Below, in pieces: positions 47,214-57,561 of a stretch of 64,000 nucleotides of DNA. This DNA comes from an uncultured Chloroflexia bacterium (GTDB taxonomy: Bacteria > Chloroflexota > Chloroflexia > Thermomicrobiales > UBA6265): the NCBI GenBank assembly GCA_963724295.1, contig CAVRUC010000007.1:1-64000 (forward strand). Reading direction: 5' to 3'. The notes under the pieces were generated by a model. That model saw nothing but the letters and a program-made list of their open reading frames with translations. It was not told the DNA's origin and did not search any database. The first letter of the stretch is position 1; each line of letters opens with the position of its first letter. Both the position numbers and the translations under genes were made by a program.

Positions 47214-48884
47214 GTGGTCGAGCAACAGCTTAAGCCTGCCTTGCAGTTCGCCGGTAGCAAGCGCGAGCGGGAGCTGGCGGAAAAGGTTATGGGGTTGATC
47301 CTGGCGCGAGGCATGTTCATGTCCGCCAACGCGCCGATCAGGATCCCTCTCGGTTCTCTCGCCGAGTTTCTTGGTTCGCAGGGCGAGAAAGATGCACAAG
47401 CGAGAATTGACGCCCTCGTCGTGGCGAACTCGGACGTCTTCGCGGTCGAGGAGGTTGACGGTCAGTCGTACCTCGTGACGACTCGGGAAGGGCGCGCCCC
47501 GCACATCGCACGTCCCGAGGCCAGGCACACGTTCGCTTCCCGCTTCCACACGCCCTTGCCGAAGCCTGAGGGTGTTGTGTCGCGACCGCGGCCGCGTCAG
47601 GAGCCCGCACCGGTTGACCTTCTAGCGGAAATCGACGGGCTCCAAATCGATGAATCGGCCGCACAGCCGGAGGCGCCACCTGCGATCGTAGAAGAGCTGG
47701 TTGAAGAAGCGCCGGTTGCGGCCGCCCGGACGATTACGACCCAGGCAGCCACGCCAACAGACGTTACCGAGGTCGACGATGTCAACCTTGCCGTTGCTCT
47801 GCGGGAGCGGCTCGGTACCGATCCGCGCGTCGCTAACTTCGGCGAGCAATGGCTCATGGAGGATCGGGTTCCGCGATTCAGTCGAGGGGATCTGCGCCGG
47901 CTCCGTGACTACATGCAGGAGAAGGAGCAGCCACTCACCGACGATGACTTGGCGCAAGATGTGCTGGGAGTCCGACAGGGAACACCAGATTTCGAGCTTG
48001 TGCGGTTCGCCCTTGACTACCGGCTTTCAAACGAACATCGGGAGTTCGAGTTCGTTGGTACCGCGAATCAGCGGTTCTGGAGCACGAGCGGTCTTCCCCA
48101 AATAGGCACCACGCGGAGGAAACTCACCGAGCTAGGTACCGACTATCGCTACTTGCTCGACGAAGAGCCAGGGATGCCATCCTACCGCTCGCGTGAGTCG
48201 GTCGACCACACGCTGACGTTCTACGAATACATCCACGGGCTCCTCCCCTACGACGCCGAGATGCAGGCTCTGCTGCCGGGTCCCATGACCTCCGGCCAGA
48301 AGTCGGCCGTGCTGACGTTCGAGTGCCCCCAGTCATTTACGACGTACCTGGTGGAGTTACGGTACCCAACACCCAACAGGGGTGGTTTCATCCTGGGGTT
48401 GGACGACTTCTACAGTGAGAATCTGGTTCCAGGCGCGATCATTTCGATTCAGTGGACGGAAAACGACGGTCATTACAAAGTTGAATATTTGCCGGAGAGC
48501 GCGCGAAGCGACCAGCTTCTGGAGCTCGATGAACGCCGGGCCACACGATACGTCTTCCGGCCCACGACCTACGCCTGCGGCGTTGAAGATGCCCAGCTCT
48601 TGAGCGAGTCCCGCTTCGGCGGAATGGCGAACGAGAAACCGCTGGACGAGAAGATTCGCCGCCGCCCCGAGGCGGTAGTGGCCGCGACATTCGAGCGTGT
48701 GGGACTGGAGCGAGACGCAAACTTCTCGATTAACTTTGAGACCCTGCTTGCCGCCGTGAATATCGAGCGCCCGATGTCCGCAACACTCCTGCGCTCAGTC
48801 CTCGAGCATGACGACACAGGAGCTTTTTCGCGAGATCCTGAAGCCGCTGACTCGTACACCTACGTCCCTGGAACGACCCCGTAA
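47214..48884 (+). CDS. Hypothetical multidomain protein (556 aa), possibly nucleic-acid binding
   Basis: Long ORF with normal codon usage; several wHTH-like segments and a beta-rich block (GFILGLDDFYSENLVPGAIISIQW). Confidence 0.7.
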   Translation: MVEQQLKPALQFAGSKRERELAEKVMGLILARGMFMSANAPIRIPLGSLAEFLGSQGEKDAQARIDALVVANSDVFAVEEVDGQSYLVTTREGRAPHIARPEARHTFASRFHTPLPKPEGVVSRPRPRQEPAPVDLLAEIDGLQIDESAAQPEAPPAIVEELVEEAPVAAARTITTQAATPTDVTEVDDVNLAVALRERLGTDPRVANFGEQWLMEDRVPRFSRGDLRRLRDYMQEKEQPLTDDDLAQDVLGVRQGTPDFELVRFALDYRLSNEHREFEFVGTANQRFWSTSGLPQIGTTRRKLTELGTDYRYLLDEEPGMPSYRSRESVDHTLTFYEYIHGLLPYDAEMQALLPGPMTSGQKSAVLTFECPQSFTTYLVELRYPTPNRGGFILGLDDFYSENLVPGAIISIQWTENDGHYKVEYLPESARSDQLLELDERRATRYVFRPTTYACGVEDAQLLSESRFGGMANEKPLDEKIRRRPEAVVAATFERVGLERDANFSINFETLLAAVNIERPMSATLLRSVLEHDDTGAFSRDPEAADSYTYVPGTTP

Positions 48885-48896
48885 GGAGCCGCTTCC

Positions 48897-49841
48897 GTGG
48901 ACCAGAGCCAGGAGCAGGCGCGATCGCTGGTCGGTGAGGCTATCACCGCCATCCGCGATGGGGATCTGTCGCAGACCCAGGTCGCGCGACTCTCCGACCT
49001 TTCACGTGCCAGTGCGCGGACGCTCGCCGCTGCGTGGGACACCATTCCGGAGGGCAACCGGGTCGATCTGGTTCGCCGCTTCGACGAGCTGTCTGAAGAG
49101 AGGGTGGAGCTGAATTTTGGACGGGCCCTCAGGATCGCCCTTGGTGACCGCTCCGCTGTTGTTCGCCAGCTCGCCGTAGCAGGGCTGTGGGAAGACGATT
49201 CAAGCGAATTGCTCGAGCGACTACGGAGCATGCTCGAGAATGACGAGTCACCGGATGTCCGCGCCCAAGCGGCAGCCTCGCTCGAACGTTTCTCGGGCAA
49301 GGCCGCGGCGGGGGCTTTGGACGACACCGTAGCAAGGGACCTTCGCGACGAGTTGCGCCGTTCGGCAAGCGACGTGGGCGCCCCGTACGCGGTTCAACGC
49401 CGCGCATTGGAATCGCTCGGTCCGTATGCCGGCGACCCGGAAATCACTTCCCTCATCAAGGAAGCGTTCGATTCCGCGGATCACGGACTGCAATGCAGTG
49501 CACTCTATGCGATGGGTCGAAGCCAGGACGCGCGCTGGTTACCGACAATCCTGGAGCAGCTCGAGAGCGAGGAACCAGAGATTCGCTTCGAGGCCGCACG
49601 AGCGGCAGGTCTGCTCGGCTCCACGGACGCATTGCCAGTGTTGGTTCAGGCGGCACGCGACGACGACGCCGAGGTCAGACACACAGCCATCAGCGCAATC
49701 GGTCAAATCGGCGGGAGAGGGGCGGTGCGGGCGCTCGAGCGCCTGGCCGAAGACGCCGGGGAGGCCGACCTCGAACTGATTCAGGCGGCAATTGACGACG
49801 TCAATACCCTCCTAGAGCCGCTTCAATCTTCGACCTCGTGA
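48897..49841 (+). CDS. HEAT-repeat protein
   Basis: Repeated D....VR..A..AL units (SPDVRAQAAASL, EPEIRFEAARAAG, DAEVRHTAISAIG). Confidence 0.88.
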   Translation: MDQSQEQARSLVGEAITAIRDGDLSQTQVARLSDLSRASARTLAAAWDTIPEGNRVDLVRRFDELSEERVELNFGRALRIALGDRSAVVRQLAVAGLWEDDSSELLERLRSMLENDESPDVRAQAAASLERFSGKAAAGALDDTVARDLRDELRRSASDVGAPYAVQRRALESLGPYAGDPEITSLIKEAFDSADHGLQCSALYAMGRSQDARWLPTILEQLESEEPEIRFEAARAAGLLGSTDALPVLVQAARDDDAEVRHTAISAIGQIGGRGAVRALERLAEDAGEADLELIQAAIDDVNTLLEPLQSSTS

Positions 49842-50893
49842 CCCGCGCGGTTATCCACAAGAATCCGATCGACCAGCTCGCCTGTGATCCCTCGGAGTGG
49901 GACGCCGCCCTTCGATACTGCGGGGGCCATCTCCTGCAGTCATGGCGCTGGGGCGCTTTCAAGCAGAAGTTCGGCTGGGACGTGGAGCGGATCGCGGCCC
50001 CGGGTCCGGGCGGGGCCGCGTTTGCTCAGGTGCTGTTCCGGACGCGAGCCGGGGTGAGCATCGGCTACATACCGCGAGGACCGGCTTGGCCTGATGACGA
50101 CCGCGGCGCGCTCGCTGGGCTTTGGTCGCGCATCGACGAGATCGCGCGACGGCGCAGGGCGCTGACCATCATCGTGGAGCCAGATCGGCCGCTGCCTGAG
50201 CATGAAGGTAAGGACGTACGGCTGGTACCCGGTCCTGAGCCGATTCAGCCAGCCCGGACGGTCAAGATCGAACTCCTCGATGACCAATCGCTCATCGACC
50301 AGATGCATCCGAAAACTCGATACAACGTGCGATTGGCGAAACGGCGCGGCGTGACAACGCACATTGTGGAGCAGCTGGACAGCTCGATTGGTCAGTTCTA
50401 TGAGATGTTGCGGGACACGGCGTCACGAAACGATTTTGCCGTTCACACTCCAGGCTACTATCGCGAATTCCTTCGTGTATTTGGTGATGATGCTTGCCTC
50501 GCATTCGCCGAGATTGAGGGAAAATCCGTGGCAGGCGCCGTTGCGGCAGTATTCGGGAACGAAGCGATCTACATGTACGGGGCATCTTCGACCCAGGAGA
50601 GGGCCCATGGAGCAGCGTTCCTCTTGCAACATGACCTGATGCGATGGGCACGCGGCCGTGGCGCGCGGTACTACGACCTGTGGGGCATCCCGGAGTACGA
50701 TCCAGACTCAAGCGTGAGCGCGAGCGGCGATCGACTTGCCGCCTCAACTGGTAGCGACCGTCGCGGCCTCTACGAGTTCAAGACGAGATTCGGTGGCCAG
50801 ATCATTCGCTATCCACCGCCCCTCGAACGCGTCTACCACCCGTTGCTGGCAACGGTGGCACGCAGGTTCTACAACGCGGGGGGCCAGGGGTGA
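49838..50893 (+). CDS. FemABX-family lipid II:amino-acid transferase
   Basis: HLLQSWRWG..K, YIPRGP, KTRYNVRLA, YMYGAS, YDLWG, GLYEFKTRFGG. Confidence 0.88.
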   Translation: MTRAVIHKNPIDQLACDPSEWDAALRYCGGHLLQSWRWGAFKQKFGWDVERIAAPGPGGAAFAQVLFRTRAGVSIGYIPRGPAWPDDDRGALAGLWSRIDEIARRRRALTIIVEPDRPLPEHEGKDVRLVPGPEPIQPARTVKIELLDDQSLIDQMHPKTRYNVRLAKRRGVTTHIVEQLDSSIGQFYEMLRDTASRNDFAVHTPGYYREFLRVFGDDACLAFAEIEGKSVAGAVAAVFGNEAIYMYGASSTQERAHGAAFLLQHDLMRWARGRGARYYDLWGIPEYDPDSSVSASGDRLAASTGSDRRGLYEFKTRFGGQIIRYPPPLERVYHPLLATVARRFYNAGGQG

Positions 50894-52410
50894 ACACTCG
50901 TGCCTCGACAGTCCAGGAGCTGGGTGAGGCACTCCCGGGAGCGCAGATCATCGGCTCGGGCGCGAGTGTTGTATCAGGGATCGTCTATGACTCCCGCATT
51001 GTTCAGCCGGGAGATCTGTTCGTGGCGTTGCGGGGCGCCGATTTCGACGGACACCAGTTCGTCCAGGACGCGGAGGAACGAGGCGCCGCCGCGCTGTTGG
51101 TTGAATCGCCGGCGTCGACGGTGCTACCGCAGATACAGGTGGCCGACAGCCGTGCCGCACTGGCGGCGGTCGCAGCCCAGTTCTACGGACATCCCTCGAC
51201 GCACCTTGGCGTCATCGGCATCACCGGCACGGACGGAAAGACGACGACGTCGTACCTGGTCGATCACATTCTGCGATCCACCGGTCTGAGGACCGGCATG
51301 GTCGGGACGGTTGCGGTCCGCATCGGCGACCGCGAGGAGCTCCACCCGACCCGACAGACGACCCCAGAATCCAGCGAGATCCAGTTGTACTTGCGACAGA
51401 TGGTCGATGCCTCGCTGGCGTGGGCGATCCTGGAGGCGACCTCGCATGGGCTCGCGATGCACCGGCTGGATCAGGTGCGCTTTGACATCGGGGCGGTCAC
51501 GAACATCACTCGCGAGCATCTCGACTTTCATGGGTCGATCGACAACTATCGACGTGCCAAAGCGACGCTACTGGAGCGAGTGGCCGCGAACTCGGGTGTC
51601 GCGGTCGTCAATGCTGACGACGCTGGCTCGCGCGCAATCGAGCACTTCGCCACTGGCGCGAAGATTCTTCGCTACAGCGCGACCGGGGCCGATGTCGATC
51701 TGCGCGCACTCGATGTTCGAGAGAGCGAATTCGGCAGTGCCTTCGTGCTCGATGCCGGTGCGCGCGGCCGTGCGGCGTGCTCGCTGCCGCTCATCGGTGG
51801 ATTCAACGTCGCGAATTCGCTCTGCGCGGTCGGTATCGCGCTTGGGGCAGGTATCCAACTGGATGCGATCGCCGCCGCCTTGGCCACGGCGCCGCCAATC
51901 CCGGGAAGGATGGCGCGGATCGACGCCGGTCAACCATTCAGTGTCATCGTGGACTACGCCCACACGCCCGAGGCGTTGCGGAAAGTGCTAACTCTGCTCC
52001 GTGGGCTCCATCCGTCAGGGCGGATCATCGCGGTGTTTGGCAGTGCCGGGGAGCGCGACGTCGAGAAGCGGCCGCTGCAAGGAGCGATCGCCGCCCGGCT
52101 AGCCGACGTCAGCGTGATCACGAGTGAGGATCCCCGATTCGAAGATGCGGACGCCATCATCGCCCAGATCGCGGTGGGGGCTCGGGAAGCGGGTGCGGAA
52201 ATCGAGAAGTCCGTATTTTGCCGCACCGATCGACGGGATGCTATCCGACTCGCACTCGATTTGGCGAGACCGGGTGATTGCGTGCTGCTCGCAGGAAAAG
52301 GCCATGAGGGGAGCATTATCTGGGGCCGAGAAAAACGGCCCTGGGACGAAGCCGCAGTGGCTCGCGAACTCCTGCTCAGTGGGCGATTCGGTGAAGCCGA
52401 AGTTTGCTGA
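50890..52410 (+). CDS. murE: UDP-MurNAc-tripeptide synthetase
   Basis: DSR..PGDLFVA, GITGTDGKTTT, TTPE, EATSH, VDYAHTP, EDPR, AGKGHE. Confidence 0.94.
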   Translation: MNTRASTVQELGEALPGAQIIGSGASVVSGIVYDSRIVQPGDLFVALRGADFDGHQFVQDAEERGAAALLVESPASTVLPQIQVADSRAALAAVAAQFYGHPSTHLGVIGITGTDGKTTTSYLVDHILRSTGLRTGMVGTVAVRIGDREELHPTRQTTPESSEIQLYLRQMVDASLAWAILEATSHGLAMHRLDQVRFDIGAVTNITREHLDFHGSIDNYRRAKATLLERVAANSGVAVVNADDAGSRAIEHFATGAKILRYSATGADVDLRALDVRESEFGSAFVLDAGARGRAACSLPLIGGFNVANSLCAVGIALGAGIQLDAIAAALATAPPIPGRMARIDAGQPFSVIVDYAHTPEALRKVLTLLRGLHPSGRIIAVFGSAGERDVEKRPLQGAIAARLADVSVITSEDPRFEDADAIIAQIAVGAREAGAEIEKSVFCRTDRRDAIRLALDLARPGDCVLLAGKGHEGSIIWGREKRPWDEAAVARELLLSGRFGEAEVC

Positions 52411-52414
52411 CGGT

Positions 52415-54247
52415 CTAGGACTCGGTGCTGTTCGCATCCCATAACCGGACTGACCGCTCGGCCGAAACTGACAGTCCCAGGTCGTCGATCTGTTCCAGGC
52501 CAACAGAGTCGGGTGCTTCGAACATCAGGTCGAGCCCACGCTGACTCTTCGGAAAGGCGATGACCTCGCGAATGTTCTCTTCATCTGCGAGCAGCATCAG
52601 ATAGCGATCGATCCCCATCGCGATGCCACCGTGCGGAGGAGCTCCATATTCAAGAGCGTCGAGTAGCGCCCCAAAACGGACCGCGGTCTCCTCGGCTGAA
52701 TATCCCATTAGCCCAAACAATCGCTGCTGGTCGCCGCGACGGTGATTGCGAACGCTTCCGCCACCGAGCTCGTTGCCATTTCCGACGAGGTCATACTGCT
52801 TGGCACGAACCTCTCCGGGACGCTCATCCAGGAGGGGCGCATCTTCCTCCAGGAAACCGGAAAATGGATTGTGGGTCGCCTCCCAGCGGCTCTCCTCGGC
52901 ATTCCACTCCAACAGCGGAAACTCGTAGATCCAGCAAAAAGCGAACACATTCGGATCGGCGAGACCGAGTCGCTGGCCGAGTTCGTCGCGGACCGCGGAT
53001 AGCGCTTTGGCAACGACTCCGGGCGTGTCCGCGACCGCGAGGACGAGATCTCCCGCTCCTGCCCCGATGTCCGCTGTCAATGCCGCGAGCTCAGCTTCGC
53101 TCAGGAACTTGGCTACAGGCGACCGGATGACGTCGTCCTCAACCGCAAACGTGGCAAGTCCTTTCGCGCCCGCACGAGTCGCGACGTCGGTGAGCTCATC
53201 GATCTCGCGCCGGGTGTACCCGGAACAGCCGGGGACAACGATCGCCTTGACTTGACCGCCCGCCGCCAGCGTTTGAGCGAACGCGCGGAATTCCGTTTCA
53301 CGGAAGGCGTCGGAAACCTCATGCAGTTCCAGTCCGAAGCGGAGGTCAGGGCGGTCACTACCAAACCGCGCCATGGCTTCTTTGTACGTAAGGCGCGGAA
53401 ATGGGGTCTCCAGAATGCGCTTGTCCGAAAAACGCTCGGTCAAGCCAATATAGAGTTCCTCGATGAGGGCCATGACGTCTGGTTCCTGGACAAACGTCAT
53501 CTCGATATCGAGCTGGGTGAACTCAGGCTGCCGATCCGCGCGTTGCGCCTCATCCCGAAAACAGCGCGCGATCTGGAAGTAGCGGTCCAGTCCAGCAACC
53601 ATCAAGAGCTGCTTCATTTGCTGGGGAGATTGTGGAAGGGCGTAGAAATTGCCGGGAAAACTGCTGCTGGGCACCAAGAAGTCGCGGGCGCCCTCGGGGG
53701 TGCTCTTGATCAGCAGCGGGGTTTCCACCTCGACGAACCCCCGGTCAGAAAGGTACTCCCGCATCTCCCGAGTGACCACGTGGCGCAGCACCATGTTTGC
53801 TTGCAAGCGGGACCGTCGGAGATCGAGGTAGCGATGGCGAAGCCTGACCGATTCATCGATCTCGGCAGTCTGGGTGATCTCGAACGGTGGAGTCTTCGCC
53901 GAGTTGAGGACTTCCAGACTATGGACCTCGACTTCGACGTCGCCGGTGGGAAGCTTCGGATTTCGCGTTCCCTGAGGACGCTCCCGGACGACGCCGCGCA
54001 CTTCCAGGACATACTCATTCCGGACGTCGTTGGCCGCTTCGTGAGCGTCTGGTGCAATCTCGGGGTTGAAAACGACCTGCGTCAATCCGTACCGGTCGCG
54101 CAAATCGATAAAGATGAGGCCGCCGAGGTCGCGCCGCCGGTTGACCCATCCCCGTAAGGAGGCCTCTTCTCCGACATCGCCGAGGCGGAGTGCACCGCAG
54201 GTCAACCGGCCGATGACCGAGGAATGGACATCGTGGGGAACCGTCAC
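52415..54247 (-). CDS. aspS: Aspartyl-tRNA synthetase
   Basis: [53 protein letters not shown]. Confidence 0.97.
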   Translation of the reverse strand: MTVPHDVHSSVIGRLTCGALRLGDVGEEASLRGWVNRRRDLGGLIFIDLRDRYGLTQVVFNPEIAPDAHEAANDVRNEYVLEVRGVVRERPQGTRNPKLPTGDVEVEVHSLEVLNSAKTPPFEITQTAEIDESVRLRHRYLDLRRSRLQANMVLRHVVTREMREYLSDRGFVEVETPLLIKSTPEGARDFLVPSSSFPGNFYALPQSPQQMKQLLMVAGLDRYFQIARCFRDEAQRADRQPEFTQLDIEMTFVQEPDVMALIEELYIGLTERFSDKRILETPFPRLTYKEAMARFGSDRPDLRFGLELHEVSDAFRETEFRAFAQTLAAGGQVKAIVVPGCSGYTRREIDELTDVATRAGAKGLATFAVEDDVIRSPVAKFLSEAELAALTADIGAGAGDLVLAVADTPGVVAKALSAVRDELGQRLGLADPNVFAFCWIYEFPLLEWNAEESRWEATHNPFSGFLEEDAPLLDERPGEVRAKQYDLVGNGNELGGGSVRNHRRGDQQRLFGLMGYSAEETAVRFGALLDALEYGAPPHGGIAMGIDRYLMLLADEENIREVIAFPKSQRGLDLMFEAPDSVGLEQIDDLGLSVSAERSVRLWDANSTES

Positions 54248-55635
54248 GCGAACTCTCTCCCTCGCTCCGTTTGGATTCCGGCGTCTGGTGAAACGCCTTC
54301 GATGTCTACTCCGCTGTCGATCGAATGCCGGAGTGACTCTTCGAGTGCGAGCTCGGGATCGAGCCCTCGTTCGATAAGCGCGGCGATCGCCGTCAGCAAT
54401 TCGTTCCCGTCGGTGGGATCCTGGGCAGCCGCGAGACTCGTTCGGGGCGCCAGAATCTCTACGGCTTTCCGGGTCACGGGCATTGCGCGGGGCAGGCGGT
54501 CGATCGGGTTTGGCTTGGCCGGTGAGCTGCCTTTTTCGGCGCGCTCACTCGCCTTGACGCCTTCCCAGGTCGCAATAACCGCATCAGGAGTTGTAGCGGA
54601 AACCGAACCGAAAACGTGCGGATGGCGTCGAATCAGTTTGCGGTTGACGACCTCGAAAACATCCTCGATGCGGAAAGCTCCACTCTCCTCAGCGATCTGC
54701 GCCTGCATCGTAACCAGAAGTAGGAGGTCACCAAGCTCTTCGGCTAGTTCGGCTTGATCGCCGGCGTCGAGAGCATCGACGACCTCGTACGCTTCTTCCA
54801 GCACCGCGTTTCGGAGTGACCCTGGCGTCTGTTCGCGGTCCCAGGGACACCCGTCGGGAGCGCGCAGGCGAGCGACGAGGCGAGTCAGCGATTCTGGCGA
54901 CCGAACCGCGTCCAGAGAAGGCATGGGCGGGACCCACAGACTCGTCAGATGGTCGACGTCCTGTCGATCAAGCGCCCGCAGCGGTAATTCCCTGGTGGAC
55001 TGGTCATCCGGAATGCCGGCTGCTTTGAGGATCGTCACCAAATACTCATCGGGATACACCCGCGAGAGAGCGATCTTGACCGAGGACGCCAAATCCCGGT
55101 TATAAAGCTGCGCCACCAACAACGGCCGGGTCGGATCGACACCAAGTTGTCCGGAAGCAAACGGCTCGTCACTTATGAGCTCGGCAAGTTCTTCTGCATC
55201 CGCGATCTGCAGGCCCCGAGCAAGGGGATCGATCTGAAGGGCTCCGGCGATCACATCGAGGAAGCTGACGCCATCCAGGACATCGATTGGGATGCCGAGC
55301 TCTCGTGCAGCGGCTTCGATCAACGGGACGGAGCGCTCACCAATACGGGGGTGCCCCGGAACCGCAAACACGACGGCTCCGCCTGACCGTGCCGTGCCTA
55401 CCACCCGACGCGCAATCGCCGGATAGAGAGCGTCGAAATCGGCGGCGCTCTCGTAGAGGTCGTCGCAGTCCGTCACCCTGGCATCTGTGGCGAGATCGTC
55501 AAGTCCGGGGTGGACTCGCGTGCGCAGGATGATCCGGTCGGCGGCATCGAGCGCACCTTGGGCGCCAACCGTGCGCAACGATGGGTTTCCCGGCCCGAGA
55601 CCAACGATGGTTATCCGGGACGCTGGCGCGGTCAT
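54244..55635 (-). CDS. mazG: YabN-type tetrapyrrole-methylase / MazG pyrophosphohydrolase fusion
   Basis: [51 protein letters not shown]. Confidence 0.88.
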   Translation of the reverse strand: MTAPASRITIVGLGPGNPSLRTVGAQGALDAADRIILRTRVHPGLDDLATDARVTDCDDLYESAADFDALYPAIARRVVGTARSGGAVVFAVPGHPRIGERSVPLIEAAARELGIPIDVLDGVSFLDVIAGALQIDPLARGLQIADAEELAELISDEPFASGQLGVDPTRPLLVAQLYNRDLASSVKIALSRVYPDEYLVTILKAAGIPDDQSTRELPLRALDRQDVDHLTSLWVPPMPSLDAVRSPESLTRLVARLRAPDGCPWDREQTPGSLRNAVLEEAYEVVDALDAGDQAELAEELGDLLLLVTMQAQIAEESGAFRIEDVFEVVNRKLIRRHPHVFGSVSATTPDAVIATWEGVKASERAEKGSSPAKPNPIDRLPRAMPVTRKAVEILAPRTSLAAAQDPTDGNELLTAIAALIERGLDPELALEESLRHSIDSGVDIEGVSPDAGIQTERGREFA

Positions 55636-57471
55636 ACCTTGGTTGTCGCCTTGTCGGCTCCGAGACTGAGAACCGCCAGGAACGCCTCTTGCGGGATCTC
55701 GACGTTGCCGACGAGCTTCATCCTGGCCTTGCCTTCCTTTTGCTTTTCGAGCAGCTTGCGCTTCCGTGTCACATCGCCGCCATAGCATTTTGAGAGCACG
55801 TTCTTACGCATTGCACGGATCGTCTCGCGGGCGATGATGCGGCTGCCAATCGACGCTTGCACCGGAACGTCGAACATCTGTCGGGGAATGAGCCCGCGCA
55901 GGTTTTCCACGAGTTCGCGGCCGCGGGCGTAAGCGTCCTCGCGGTGCGAGATCAACGACAGGGCATCGACCGGCTGGCCATTGACCAGAACGTCGAGCTT
56001 GACGAGGTCCGAGGCGCGCATGTCCTTGAAGACATAGTCGAGAGATGCATACCCCTGAGTGCGGCTCTTGAGCTGGTCGTAGAAATCGACGATCAACTCG
56101 GCGAGCGGCATCTCGAATTTCATCTGGACGCGGTCGGGATCGAGGTAGACGAGCTCTCGGTAGTCTCCGCGCCGCCCTGTGACGAGATCCATCACGGCGC
56201 CGATGTAGCGCGCCGGGGCGATGATGGAGATATCGAGCCAGGGCTCGCGAATCTCTTCGAACTCGCCGGGGGACGGCAAATCAGAGGGGTTGTCGATGCG
56301 GAGCACCGTCCCGCCCCGGAGCTGAACCTCGTATTCGACACTTGGAGCGGTCGCCAGGAGCTGGATTCCGTACTCCCGCTCCAGGCGCTCCTGGATGATC
56401 TCCATGTGCAGCAAGCCAAGGAAGCCGCAGCGAAAGCCAAAACCGAGCGCGTCGGAAGATTCTGGCTCCCAGGTCAGTGACCCATCATTCAGCCGCAGGC
56501 GTTCGAGGGCATCCCTGAGCATCGGGTACTCCTCGCTTTCCACCGGATACAACCCGGCGAACACCATGGGCTTCACGGGTCGATAACCAGGCAGCTGCTC
56601 CAGGGCCGGATCGGACGCCAGCGTGACCGTGTCGCCGACCTGGACGTCCTGAACGACCTTGAGCCCGGTGGCGATGTACCCGACCTCGCCTGTGCCAAGG
56701 GCCACGGCCGGGTGCAGCTCCGGATCGAAGTAGCCGACTTCGAGGAGCTCAGCATCCTTGCCGTTGGCCATCAGTCTGATGCGGTCGCCGGATGCGATGC
56801 GGCCATCGACGATCTTGACGTACGCGATGACGCCCTTGTAGGGGTCGTAGTGAGAGTCGAAGATCAGGGCGCGGACAGGGCCCGCCCGGTTACCCCATCG
56901 GCGGAGGCATATGCCGCACTACCGCTTCCAGGATCTCTTCGACGCCGAGTCCGGTCTTGGCGGATGCGTGCACGATCTCGTCGTCGAGCAGCCCGATGAG
57001 CTGTCCGACTTCCGACGCCACTTTCTGGGGGTCAGCGCTGGGAAGGTCGATTTTGTTGATGACGGCGACGATGGCCAGATCCTGCTCGAGAGCGAGGTAG
57101 ACGTTTGCCATCGTCTGCGCTTCGATCCCCTGCGCGGCATCGACGACGAGGAGGGCGCCCTCGCACGCGGCCAGGCTGCGGCTCACCTCATACGAGAAAT
57201 CGACGTGCCCCGGAGTATCGATCAGGTTGAGCTGGTAAGTCTTGCCGTCCCGCGCCGTGTAACTCATGCGAACGGCGCGCGCCTTGATCGTGATGCCCTT
57301 TTCCCGCTCGAGATCCATCGAGTCGAGAAGTTGAGCTTTCATCTCGCGCTGGGAGACGGTATTGGTTTGTTCCAGCAACCGATCGGCGAGGGTCGATTTA
57401 CCGTGATCGATGTGCGCGATGATCGAAAAGTTGCGAACCTTTGCGGTGTCCGTTGAGGTCTCGTCGCTCAT
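55632..57471 (-). CDS. lepA: Elongation factor 4 (LepA); +1 G frameshift at 56893-56896
   Basis: [42 protein letters not shown]. Removing one G restores [17 protein letters not shown]. Confidence 0.95.
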
Positions 57472-57561
57472 TCGCTTGAGTCGTACGTCCTTCCGATGCC
57501 AGTCGCGGAGTATAGCCCACGGCCAACAGCGGGCCTGACTTGTGGGATGCGGCGACGCCAA

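Noticed and set aside
46680..48884. Island integrated at tRNA-Arg(CCG)
   Set aside because: No integrase, no duplicated tRNA 3' end and no visible compositional shift.
56880..56900. Programmed frameshifting in lepA, uppS or hsp20
   Set aside because: No canonical slippery heptamer or stimulatory element; homopolymer errors explain it more simply.
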